The position numbers were made by a program, and so were the translations under genes. Shown here piece after piece: positions 10,430 to 18,827 of a DNA stretch of 64,000 nt. This DNA comes from an uncultured Actinomycetota bacterium (GTDB taxonomy: Bacteria > Actinomycetota > Actinomycetes > JAHEKZ01), in contig CAWHIJ010000003.1 of assembly GCA_963829525.1 (NCBI GenBank), forward strand, positions 2,688,001 to 2,752,000, in the 5' to 3' direction. The notes beneath the pieces are model-generated. The model did no database searches. It saw only the letters and a list, made by a program, of their open reading frames with translations, and was not told the origin of the DNA. Each line of letters starts with the position of its first letter. The first letter of the stretch is position 1.

Positions 10430-10954
10430 TCAGGTGAGGGTCGCCCGCGAGACTCCGATTCCACTGAGCGTGTCAGCCCCGAAACGGGCCATCTCACGGT
10501 TGAGATCCAACGGTGCGATGTGTGCGCGGTCGGCCAACATCGCCTCATCGATCATGGCGGCTGGCACCAACCAGGAGACTTCGAACTCCAGACCGTCGGG
10601 GTCTTCGGCGTACAGCGCCTTGGTTGTTGCGTGATCTGATGAACCCTTCAGAGCCCCCAACTTCGCCAGTCGGTCGGCAGTCTCGGCGAGCTCGGCAAGG
10701 GTGTCGACTTCCCAGGCCAGGTGGTACAGCCCGACGGTGCCGCGCCCTGCTGCTGATGGACCCGCTGCCGCCCCCACCCCGAATAGCCCGAGGTCGTGGT
10801 CGTTGCTCGAACCGGGGGCTCGCAGGAACGCAGCTCCCGGCAGGTTCGGCATTCCGGGAATGGGAGCAAAGCCGAGGGCTTCGGCATAGAAGGCCACACT
10901 GCGCTGCACGTCCCGCACATAGAGAACGGCGTGGTTGAGCCGGTGGACGGCCAT
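10430..10954 (-). CDS. VOC/glyoxalase family protein
   Basis: LNHAVLYVRD, GLYHLAWEV, DPDGLEFEV. Confidence 0.85.
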   Translation of the reverse strand: MAVHRLNHAVLYVRDVQRSVAFYAEALGFAPIPGMPNLPGAAFLRAPGSSNDHDLGLFGVGAAAGPSAAGRGTVGLYHLAWEVDTLAELAETADRLAKLGALKGSSDHATTKALYAEDPDGLEFEVSWLVPAAMIDEAMLADRAHIAPLDLNREMARFGADTLSGIGVSRATLT

Positions 10955-11000
10955 GAGACACCTTCACAGAAGTCGAGGATCAGTACGTGATCAACAACTT

Positions 11001-11016
11001 ACATGAATCTTCAACT
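11001..11016. promoter_or_regulatory. Candidate MarR operator between divergent VOC and marR
   Basis: AT-rich palindrome TGAA-TC-TTCA (11004-11013) in the divergent intergenic region. Confidence 0.4.
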
Positions 11017-11036
11017 ATTCCGCTACGATAGGGGGC

Positions 11037-11510
11037 ATGGCCTCTTCCCTTACCGCACCAGCCGATACTCGCTGGCTCGATGCTGACGAGCAGTCCACGT
11101 GGCGCGCCTTCCTGGCGATGCAGAAAGTGATCCGCGAAACGCTCGAACGACAACTGCAGCAGGACGCCGGGATGCCCATGACCTACTACATCATCTTGGC
11201 GATGCTCTCAGAGGCTCCCGGTCGTACCCTCCGCATGACCGAGCTCGCGGCGATGGCCGGTACATCGCAAAGTCAGCTCTCCCATGCGGCGACACGACTG
11301 GAGGAAGCCGGCTGGATCGAACGCCGACGTTGTCAGGGCGACAAACGCGGCTATCTCGCGGTCTTGACCGACTCTGGATTTCAGACTCTGACGACTGTTG
11401 CGCCGAGCCATGTCGAGAGTGTGCGCTCTGTGCTTTTCGACCAGCTCAGTGCTGAGCAGGTCGGCCAGCTTCGAACCATCGCCATTGCTGTGACTGAAGG
11501 CAGTGAGTAA
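11037..11510 (+). CDS. MarR family regulator
   Basis: WLDADEQ.TWR, LRMTELA, RLE..GWIERR..DKRG. Confidence 0.9.
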   Translation: MASSLTAPADTRWLDADEQSTWRAFLAMQKVIRETLERQLQQDAGMPMTYYIILAMLSEAPGRTLRMTELAAMAGTSQSQLSHAATRLEEAGWIERRRCQGDKRGYLAVLTDSGFQTLTTVAPSHVESVRSVLFDQLSAEQVGQLRTIAIAVTEGSE

Positions 11511-11533
11511 TTCTGATCTTCGTTGGCCACCAC

Positions 11534-11558
11534 TGAACCATCGGCGACCGGTATACGT
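11534..11558 (+). promoter_or_regulatory. ECF (SigL-type) promoter TGAACC-N16-CGT upstream of the sigma gene
   Basis: Same motif and spacing recur at 12794-12818. Confidence 0.7.
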
Positions 11559-11567
11559 TTGCCAGAT

Positions 11568-12098
11568 GTGACGTCGCTTTCCCTCGATGGCGAGCAGGCG
11601 GTGCGCGAGCTCTACCGTGAGCACGCCGCACCACTGTTGGCATTCGTCCGGGCGCAACTGGGCGGAGACAACGAAGGTGCCCAGGACATCGTCCAAGAGA
11701 CACTGCTTCGCGCCTGGCAGCATCCTGAGGCGCTACGACCAAACCGGCCAGGCGGCGCGCATCCGCGTGCCTGGCTCTTCCGGGTGGCGCGCAACTTGGT
11801 GGTCGACAGTCAGCGGGCCCGCTCCGCTCGACCCCAAGAGGTCGGCGAGCTCGACGACCAAACGTCAGCAGCCGAGGACGGTTACGACCAAGTCCTGACC
11901 GCCTACGAGGTCACCGACGCCCTCGCTGGTCTCAGCCCTGACCACCGTGCGGTGATCTCGGAGCTCTACTTCCAGGATCATTCGGTCGCCCAGACCGCTC
12001 AGTCGCTCGGTGTGCCACCCGGGACCGTGAAGTCCCGCGCCTACTACGCACTGCGGGCCCTTCGCCTCGCTTGTGAGGAACGGGGGATTCTCCCGTGA
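11568..12098 (+). CDS. ECF RNA polymerase sigma factor, SigL-like
   Basis: DIVQETLLRAWQH, WLFRVARNLVVD, GTVKSRAYYALRAL; start GTG 11568 inferred from promoter position. Confidence 0.9.
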   Translation: MTSLSLDGEQAVRELYREHAAPLLAFVRAQLGGDNEGAQDIVQETLLRAWQHPEALRPNRPGGAHPRAWLFRVARNLVVDSQRARSARPQEVGELDDQTSAAEDGYDQVLTAYEVTDALAGLSPDHRAVISELYFQDHSVAQTAQSLGVPPGTVKSRAYYALRALRLACEERGILP

Positions 12099-12772
12099 CC
12101 TGCACAAAAGTACGCGAGGACGCCGCAACCGTCCTACTGACGGGGTCGGTCTTTGACGTACAGACCGTTGACCACCTCAAGGAGTGCGACGCCTGTCGCC
12201 GCGACCTCGACTCTCTTGCGGCTCTCCCTGCCCTACTGGCTATGGCAGTCGACCCAGCGATCCCACCAAGCTCCGATGACGCGCTGCCCATCGACAGACT
12301 GCTTGAGGCCGCCGCCCGGATTCAGCGTCGTCGTCGACGGCGGACGGTGCTCGCCGTCGCAGCAGCAACCTTGGTGGTGCTTGCTCTGCCAACGGCGCTG
12401 CTCGTCAACCGAGGAACTGAGGTGCCGCCGGCGTCGGCGAACACCCAAGGAACCGGCACGACCACGCCGGCCGTCTCTGTTCAGCGCGCGGCGTCCAACG
12501 CGAACACCGGTGTGAAGGGCAAAGTCACTCTGAGGGCAGCCGCATGGGGTAGTGATCTCACGTTTGCACTGCGCGGCGTCCCGTCAGGTACTGAGTGCAC
12601 GCTCGTCGTGGTCTCAGCTGACGGCAGTCGAGAGCCTGCCGCTCGCTGGCACGCCGACTACGAGGGGACCGCGCACGTCACCGGCGCCGTATCTGCGCCG
12701 CTCGCCGAGATCGACCACGTTGAGGTGACAACCCAGGAAGGGGACGTCATCTTGCGCGTCCCCGTGAGCTGA
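12095..12772 (+). CDS. Zinc-finger (ZAS) transmembrane anti-sigma factor, RslA-like
   Basis: HxxxCxxC (HLKECDAC), single TM, GTGA overlap with sigma. Confidence 0.85.
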   Translation: MTCTKVREDAATVLLTGSVFDVQTVDHLKECDACRRDLDSLAALPALLAMAVDPAIPPSSDDALPIDRLLEAAARIQRRRRRRTVLAVAAATLVVLALPTALLVNRGTEVPPASANTQGTGTTTPAVSVQRAASNANTGVKGKVTLRAAAWGSDLTFALRGVPSGTECTLVVVSADGSREPAARWHADYEGTAHVTGAVSAPLAEIDHVEVTTQEGDVILRVPVS

Positions 12773-12793
12773 CCGTTGCACACGGGCACAGAT

Positions 12794-12818
12794 TGAACCC
12801 CTGGCCCGCTCGGCACGT
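12794..12818 (+). promoter_or_regulatory. ECF (SigL-type) promoter TGAACC-N16-CGT
   Basis: Second copy, about 10 nt before ATG 12829. Confidence 0.7.
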
Positions 12819-12828
12819 TGTAACGAAC

Positions 12829-13230
12829 ATGAGACTCCGAAAAGCCGCAGCCCTCACGTTCACCACCATGACCGTCCTGACCATGGCCGCCTGTTCACAG
12901 TCGGACACGTCAGCTACCTCGCCTCAACCCAGCCCCAGCAGCCAGTCACCTGAGCCCAGCATGTCTATGCAGTCAGGAGAGGCTGACGCGGCCACCCTGA
13001 CCATCTCCGGGTTCGCCTTCTCAGAGCTCTCGGTCAAGGCCGGAACCAAGGTCACGGTGACCAACGAGGACAGCAGCGACCACACCGTGAACGTCAAGGG
13101 GACCTCCACCGACGTGACCGTCCCTGCTGGAGGCACCGCGACGTTCGACGCCCCTGACCAACCGGGCAGCTACGACCTCAGCTGCGACTTCCACCCAGCA
13201 ATGTCAGGAACTCTGACCGTCACCGGCTGA
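12829..13230 (+). CDS. Cupredoxin-domain lipoprotein
   Basis: Lipobox MAAC; HTV and CDFHPAM type-1 copper ligands. Confidence 0.85.
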   Translation: MRLRKAAALTFTTMTVLTMAACSQSDTSATSPQPSPSSQSPEPSMSMQSGEADAATLTISGFAFSELSVKAGTKVTVTNEDSSDHTVNVKGTSTDVTVPAGGTATFDAPDQPGSYDLSCDFHPAMSGTLTVTG

Positions 13231-13252
13231 GACCGGTCAGGTTGCGCCGCGC

Positions 13253-13798
13253 CTATCGAAGCGCCGCCGATGCCGTCGCTGCCCGCACCAGCGGCTGGCC
13301 GACATCGAAGGTCAGCATCGGGTGATGCTTGCCCCGACGCTCGAACGTCGACCGCGAAACGGCGCCGGATGCAAGCGCGGAGGCGGCCACGGACCAGAAC
13401 TCCATCGCTGGCGGGTATCCGGGGAAGGGCCGGACCTGCCACCGCCCCGGGAATCGCTCGGCAAGCAATCGAGCCGCTGATAACCCGACGCCGCGGCGGC
13501 GCCATCGGCGTAGCACAAAGTACTCGGCGACGTCCCAGACCCGGCCACTGCTGGTGTCATCGGCCCACTCGTCGATGATCGCAAAGCCCGCGACCACACC
13601 GTCGACAGAGATCGCGAACGGGTGACGCGCCGGATCATCCCAGCACCCGTCGAGATCGTCGTCTCCGAAGGACCCCCATTCGTCGACGTCCCATGCCTCA
13701 ACCGACGATAGGTCGTGAAGGTAGAGCTGCATCAGTGCGACGAGTGTCCGGCGGTGCTCGGGAGTCACTGGGCTGACGGCAACCGTGGGCTCTGCCAT
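13253..13798 (-). CDS. GNAT acetyltransferase
   Basis: AEYFVLRRWRRRGVG acetyl-CoA motif. Confidence 0.8.
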   Translation of the reverse strand: MAEPTVAVSPVTPEHRRTLVALMQLYLHDLSSVEAWDVDEWGSFGDDDLDGCWDDPARHPFAISVDGVVAGFAIIDEWADDTSSGRVWDVAEYFVLRRWRRRGVGLSAARLLAERFPGRWQVRPFPGYPPAMEFWSVAASALASGAVSRSTFERRGKHHPMLTFDVGQPLVRAATASAALR

Positions 13799-13854
13799 GA
13801 GGCAATCATCCCTCGCGAGAGGCCGCCACGACACGCCCGGAGCCGAGCGTTAGG

Positions 13855-13928
13855 TGGAGCTGAGGGGATTTGAACCCCTGACCCCCTCGTTGCGAACGAG
13901 GTGCGCTACCGGACTGCGCCACAGCCCC
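13855..13928 (-). tRNA. tRNA-Ala(CGC)
   Basis: GGGGCTGTGGCGCAGTCCGGTAGCGCACCTCGTTCGCAACGAGGGGGTCAGGGGTTCAAATCCCCTCAGCTCCA cloverleaf; full CCA not encoded. Confidence 0.95.
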
Positions 13929-14048
13929 TGACTGCCCACCCGAGATCGATCCGGGGGGAAGCAGGACGCCGCTGAGGATAGCAACGCGATGACCGGGCGT
14001 CCGAATCGGCGTCCCGGCGCAACGAACCGAACGCCACGTCAGAAGGAG

Positions 14049-15050
14049 CTAGTCGCCGACTGCCCGACGCTCCGCGTCTCCTTGCTCGTCCGATGCCGGT
14101 GGGGGCGCTACCTCTTGTGCCAGGAGGGCGTCGAGCTCTTCATCGGCCACTTCGGCAGCAAGCAGGTCTTCGTCAGCCAGGTCGTCCTCGAGGAGTCGGC
14201 CCGAGCTCCACGCGCCAGGACTGGTGAGGTCGATGACCTTGATCGGACGGATCGCCTTTGGTGCTGTGACATAGGTCGGGAGCGGAAGCTCGTTGGGGCG
14301 CCACGTCTCGTCACCCTCTGTGGGCCGCCGCTCGTCGACACGCTGCTCGTCAGAAGGTTCGGCGGCAGCGTCGAACGTGACGTCTACGCCGGTGCGAGCG
14401 CCCTTGGTCTCGACCACCACCGCCCGAGAGGGGCCTGAAACGAAGCCAGACGCCGAACGTTCGAACTCCGCCGCGGCGCCAGGAGCTGCCGCCGGTTCAG
14501 CAGCACGACGAGCTGGGCCGGAGCGACGCCGTTGCTGTTGGCGCGCCTGGATGCGCAGATGAACGACAAAGGCTCCCAGCAAGACGACAACCGGGAGCGG
14601 TGCCCACCAGGATACCGGGGTGATGGCAGCAATCAACGCCAGGATCATGGTGAGACCTACCATTACGGCCAGTGTCCGAGCGCGGCGTTGTGCGAGCGTG
14701 CGTTGCGGACGCGCGCGGGGCGCGGGGCGCGGGGCTGGCCGGGCATCGATTCCGCGAGTGGGGGGACGCTGCGGCGACCGACGAACGTCCGGCTTCGGCA
14801 CCGAACTCTCGACTCGCGGTGCCTGACGTTCACGGGCAGGGACTGGAGCCTGAACTGGGTCGACAGCTGAGTCGGCTGCCGACTCATCGGCGGCTGCCTG
14901 CTCCTTGCGCGAGAGCACCCGCATCGCCTGGCCGAAGCGCTCAGCCGACCGGTTCTCCGCCGCGGTGTCGTGGTTGCGGAGCCACATCGGGATCAGAACC
15001 ACAGCCCACATGATCGCAATCGCTGCATAGATCAACCCGCTGCCGCCCAC
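14049..15050 (-). CDS. SepX/GlpR-like divisome membrane protein
   Basis: SGLIYAAI..WAVVLIPMWL...ERF..AMRVL; W.P..LPLPTYVTAP; ends RRAVGD; synteny with rimJ/moa/tRNA-Ala. Confidence 0.75.
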   Translation of the reverse strand: MGGSGLIYAAIAIMWAVVLIPMWLRNHDTAAENRSAERFGQAMRVLSRKEQAAADESAADSAVDPVQAPVPARERQAPRVESSVPKPDVRRSPQRPPTRGIDARPAPRPAPRARPQRTLAQRRARTLAVMVGLTMILALIAAITPVSWWAPLPVVVLLGAFVVHLRIQARQQQRRRSGPARRAAEPAAAPGAAAEFERSASGFVSGPSRAVVVETKGARTGVDVTFDAAAEPSDEQRVDERRPTEGDETWRPNELPLPTYVTAPKAIRPIKVIDLTSPGAWSSGRLLEDDLADEDLLAAEVADEELDALLAQEVAPPPASDEQGDAERRAVGD

Positions 15051-15107
15051 GGGACCTCACGCTACGTGTGGGGCCGTGCACTTTCCGGTAACGCGCTCGG
15101 TGTGTCG

Positions 15108-15701
15108 TCATCCCTGCGCTCGGTGCCACCGCTTCAGGACTCCATCGGGGATCTCGCCGGCGAGCAGGACATAAACCAGATGATCGCGCCACTGGCCGTC
15201 AATATGCAGGTATGCGGGCCGCTCGCCCTCGAACCGGAAGCCCAGCTTTTCGGTCACGCGACGACTGGGGCCATTCTCCGGACGCATCGAGATCTCGATC
15301 CGGTGAAGTCGCAGTGTCGTGAACGCGTGGTCGGTAGCCAGAGCAACTGCTGTCGGAATGATGCCGCGTCCAGCGAACTCCTGGGCCACCCAGTAGCCGA
15401 TGTGCGCACCGCGGAGCGAGCCATATTGGACTCCGCCGACCGTCAGCTGCCCGACCAGCTCGCCGTCGAACGTGACGACGAAGGGCAGCACCCGACCGGA
15501 CCGCGACTCGTGGCGGAGCGCCCTGACCATTCCGTGGAACCCAAGCGGAGCCTGCTGCCCGGCCGGTGCAGTCGCTTCCCATGGCTTGAGCCAGTCCACG
15601 TTGCTCGCCCGGACCTGACGCCAACGTCCGACGTCGCGGTGGCGGATGGGCCGCAGTCCGACGCGCCCGTCGGCGAGAGTGACCGGCCACCCGCGGCTCA
15701 G
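15108..15701 (-). CDS. rimJ: RimJ-like GNAT N-acetyltransferase
   Basis: WLKPWEAT, IGYWV, LHRIE, EN.PSRRV.EKLGF, LHIDGQWRDH; frame open up to a CTG overlapping the moaB stop. Confidence 0.85.
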   Translation of the reverse strand: MSRGWPVTLADGRVGLRPIRHRDVGRWRQVRASNVDWLKPWEATAPAGQQAPLGFHGMVRALRHESRSGRVLPFVVTFDGELVGQLTVGGVQYGSLRGAHIGYWVAQEFAGRGIIPTAVALATDHAFTTLRLHRIEISMRPENGPSRRVTEKLGFRFEGERPAYLHIDGQWRDHLVYVLLAGEIPDGVLKRWHRAQG

Positions 15702-16186
15702 TGGTCACCCCCAGCCAGCTGGTCCCTGGTGTGCGCCAGAAGCGGCCCGACAACGGCCATTCCGTCTCGCGCTCCACCGACCGAACCCGGAAGGTTCACG
15801 ATCAGCGTCCGCCCCGCTGTTCCCGCCAGCGCACGGGAGAGAGCGGCGGTGGGGATGTCGTGCTCTCGCCCGACTGCCCTGACGGCTTCGGCAATCCCCG
15901 GTAGCGTTCGCTCGATGACTTGAGCCGTTGCCTCAGGCGTCCGGTCATCGGGCGCCAGACCGGTGCCGCCAGTGGTGAGCACCGCGTCCACTGCCGACGT
16001 CACCGCGTCACGTAGCGCAGCAACAATCGTCGCCTCGTCGTCGGCCACCACCTGCACGACGGCATCGGGCACCCCCCACTGGCGCAGCTCCTTGACAATC
16101 GCTGGGCCCGAAAGGTCCTCGTACTCCCCCGCCTCTGCGCGGGTCGAGACGGTAATCACCCTCACCCTCAGAGGCGGTTCACTCAC
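15698..16186 (-). CDS. moaB: MogA/MoaB molybdopterin adenylyltransferase
   Basis: DLSGP, TTGGTG, TPEAT, NLPGS. Confidence 0.9.
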   Translation of the reverse strand: MSEPPLRVRVITVSTRAEAGEYEDLSGPAIVKELRQWGVPDAVVQVVADDEATIVAALRDAVTSAVDAVLTTGGTGLAPDDRTPEATAQVIERTLPGIAEAVRAVGREHDIPTAALSRALAGTAGRTLIVNLPGSVGGARDGMAVVGPLLAHTRDQLAGGDH

Positions 16187-16649
16187 GGTGCCAGTCTCCG
16201 GACGCGCCACCTGTCTTGGAATCCACGCGCACGTTACTGATGACGGCTGCGGGATCGACCGACTTGACCATGTCGATCAGCGCCAACGCCGCAACTGTCA
16301 CACAGGTGAGTGCCTCCATCTCGACGCCGGTACGGTCAGCGGTGCGGACCACCGCTGTGATCTGCACCAGTTCATCACGCACCTCAAGTTCGACGGACAC
16401 GCCATGAATCGCGATGGGATGGCAGAGCGGTACGAGGTCTGGCGTGCGCTTGGCCGCCTGAATACCAGCAATGCGCGCAACAGCTACAGCGTCACCCTTG
16501 GGCACGCCGCTCCCCCGCAGCAGACCGATGACCTCCGCTGATACGAGAACATCGCCGGACGCCGATGCCGTACGGACCGAGATCTGCTTGCCAGAGACGT
16601 CGACCATGCGCGCAGCCCCACGGTCGTCGAGGTGGGTGAAGTCGCTCAT
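16179..16649 (-). CDS. moaC: Cyclic pyranopterin monophosphate synthase
   Basis: THLD..G.ARMVDVS, KRTPDLVPLCH, TGVEMEAL, DMVK. Confidence 0.95.
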   Translation of the reverse strand: MSDFTHLDDRGAARMVDVSGKQISVRTASASGDVLVSAEVIGLLRGSGVPKGDAVAVARIAGIQAAKRTPDLVPLCHPIAIHGVSVELEVRDELVQITAVVRTADRTGVEMEALTCVTVAALALIDMVKSVDPAAVISNVRVDSKTGGASGDWHRE

Positions 16650-16653
16650 AGCG

Positions 16654-17877
16654 TTACCCCGCACGCCGCTCGAGCATCATCACGGTCACTGCATCGCCTG
16701 TCGACATGTGCGTCGTCTCATCGGGGATGACGATCAGGCAGTTGGCATTGGCCAGGCCAGCAAGAAGGTGAGATCCGGGTCCACCAACAGTGCTGACCAC
16801 ATAGCGGCCATCTTCGACATCGAGATCACCTCGCAGGAACTGCCGCTTTCCCTCGGGCGACTTCACAGCACCTTTCAGGACGGCACGGACCGTGGGACGG
16901 TGCAGCGGCTCGAGCGCCTGCATCTGCCGAAGCACGGGTCGAACGAACATCTCGAAGGACACGAAGGCCGAGACGGGGTTGCCGGGCAACGTGAAGATCG
17001 GCGTGCCGTCGGGACCGATCGTGCCAAAGCCTTGGGGCATACCTGGCTGCATCGCGACTCGGTCGAACGAGACCGTTCCCATCCGGCCAAGTGCTTCCTT
17101 CACGACGTCGAATGCCCCGACGCTGACGCCACCGGTCGTGATCACCATGTCAGCGCGGATCAGCTGGTCCTCGATCGTCGTGATGAGCGTCTTTGGCTCG
17201 TCAGGAACGAAACCGATGCGGTATGCAGTGGCGCCAGCTGCATTGGCGGCTGCCGCGAGCATGAAGCTGTTCGAGTCGGGGATCTTGCCGCCTGCGATTG
17301 GCTCGCCCGGTTCGACGAGCTCACTGCCCGTGGACATCACCACCACCCGTGGTCGTGGACGTACCAGCACCCGTGCTCGGCCCACCGCTGCCAGCAACGC
17401 GAGCTGCGCAGGACCAAGCCGTGTGCCTGCCGGCACCACGAGATCGCCTTGAGCGGCGTCCTCACCCTGGAAGCGCACATAGGAGCTTGGCTGCGGAGCC
17501 CTCGTGATCGATACCCGGACGATGTCCCCGTCGGTCCACTCGACCGGTACAACTGCGTCAGCGCCAGCCGGCATCGGCCCACCGGTCATGATGCGCGCGC
17601 ACTGACCAGGAGACAGGGCCAGCGCCCCGGAGTACCCAGCAGGGATGTCACCGACGACAGGCAGCACGACCGGCGCCGAGGCCGATGCACCAGCCAGATC
17701 AGCCGAACGCACGGCGTATCCGTCCATGGAGGAGTTGGTGAAGGGCGGCAGGTCCCACGTAGCGGTCACCTCCTCGCTCAGGGTGCAGCCATGCGCATCG
17801 AGCAACCGCAGCTCAAGCGGCGAGAGCGTGTCGACGGCCGCTAGGCAGTCAGCGAGGTGCTGGTCAACGGACTTCAT
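16654..17877 (-). CDS. moeA: Molybdopterin molybdotransferase
   Basis: PPFTNSSMDGYA, IMTG, STGSEL, TTGGVSVG, LPGNPVS. Confidence 0.95.
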   Translation of the reverse strand: MKSVDQHLADCLAAVDTLSPLELRLLDAHGCTLSEEVTATWDLPPFTNSSMDGYAVRSADLAGASASAPVVLPVVGDIPAGYSGALALSPGQCARIMTGGPMPAGADAVVPVEWTDGDIVRVSITRAPQPSSYVRFQGEDAAQGDLVVPAGTRLGPAQLALLAAVGRARVLVRPRPRVVVMSTGSELVEPGEPIAGGKIPDSNSFMLAAAANAAGATAYRIGFVPDEPKTLITTIEDQLIRADMVITTGGVSVGAFDVVKEALGRMGTVSFDRVAMQPGMPQGFGTIGPDGTPIFTLPGNPVSAFVSFEMFVRPVLRQMQALEPLHRPTVRAVLKGAVKSPEGKRQFLRGDLDVEDGRYVVSTVGGPGSHLLAGLANANCLIVIPDETTHMSTGDAVTVMMLERRAG

Positions 17878-18818
17878 GACGTGACCTGGTCTCCGGTCGG
17901 ACTCGACCCGTCACCAGCCCGCTTTCGTTCGGCAACGAACTCGCCGAGCCACTGCACGAACTCAGGCCCAAGGTCGTCGCGGTCGCTAGCGATCCGGACG
18001 ACCGCCTTGAGGTAGTCGGCGCGATCTCCCGTGTCGTAGCGGCGACCGCGAAAGACGACGCCGGACACCCCACCACCGAGGTCAGGCGACATCGTGGCGA
18101 GGGTCTCGAGAGCGTCGGTCAACTGGATCTCGCCGCCGCGTCCGGGAGGCGTGTCACGGAGGACGCTGAAGACCGCAGGGTTCAGTACGTAGCGACCGAT
18201 GACCGCCAGGTTGCTGGGTGCCTCGTCAGCAGGCGGCTTCTCGACCAAGGCGGTGACCTGCACGACATCGACCTCACCGGTGGGACTTGCCGCAGCGCAC
18301 CCGTAGAGATGGATCTGGTGCTGCGGCACCTCCATCAGCGCTACGACACTGCCCCCTCGCTCAGCCTGCACCCGCAGCATTTGGGCCAGCAGCGGGTCGC
18401 GCTCGTCGATGAGGTCATCACCCAGCAACACGGCGAACGGCTCGTCACCGACGTGCTGAGCGGCAACGAGCACCGCATGACCGAGCCCTCGGGGATTGCC
18501 TTGGCGTACGTAGTGGACGTTTGCGAGCTCGGTGGACTCACGGACGCGGTCGAGACGTTCCTGGTCACCCTTGGCCTCGAGCGAGATCTCCAGCTCGACG
18601 TTTCGGTCGAAATGGTCCTCCAGCGGCTGTTTGTTACGTCCGGTCACCATCAGGACGTCGGTGAGGCCGGCTCGCACCGCCTCTTCCACGACGTACTGGA
18701 TGGCTGGCTTGTCGACAACCGGCAACATCTCTTTGGGGGTTGCCTTGGTCGCGGGCAGGAATCGGGTACCGAGCCCTGCCACCGGAATCACAGCCTTCGT
18801 GGGACGCCCAGTGCTCAT
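17874..18818 (-). CDS. galU: UTP-glucose-1-phosphate uridylyltransferase
   Basis: KAVIPVAGLGTRFLPATKATPKEMLP, VEKP, GEIQLTDA. Confidence 0.95.
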   Translation of the reverse strand: MSTGRPTKAVIPVAGLGTRFLPATKATPKEMLPVVDKPAIQYVVEEAVRAGLTDVLMVTGRNKQPLEDHFDRNVELEISLEAKGDQERLDRVRESTELANVHYVRQGNPRGLGHAVLVAAQHVGDEPFAVLLGDDLIDERDPLLAQMLRVQAERGGSVVALMEVPQHQIHLYGCAAASPTGEVDVVQVTALVEKPPADEAPSNLAVIGRYVLNPAVFSVLRDTPPGRGGEIQLTDALETLATMSPDLGGGVSGVVFRGRRYDTGDRADYLKAVVRIASDRDDLGPEFVQWLGEFVAERKRAGDGSSPTGDQVTS

Positions 18819-18827
18819 GGAACGAAT

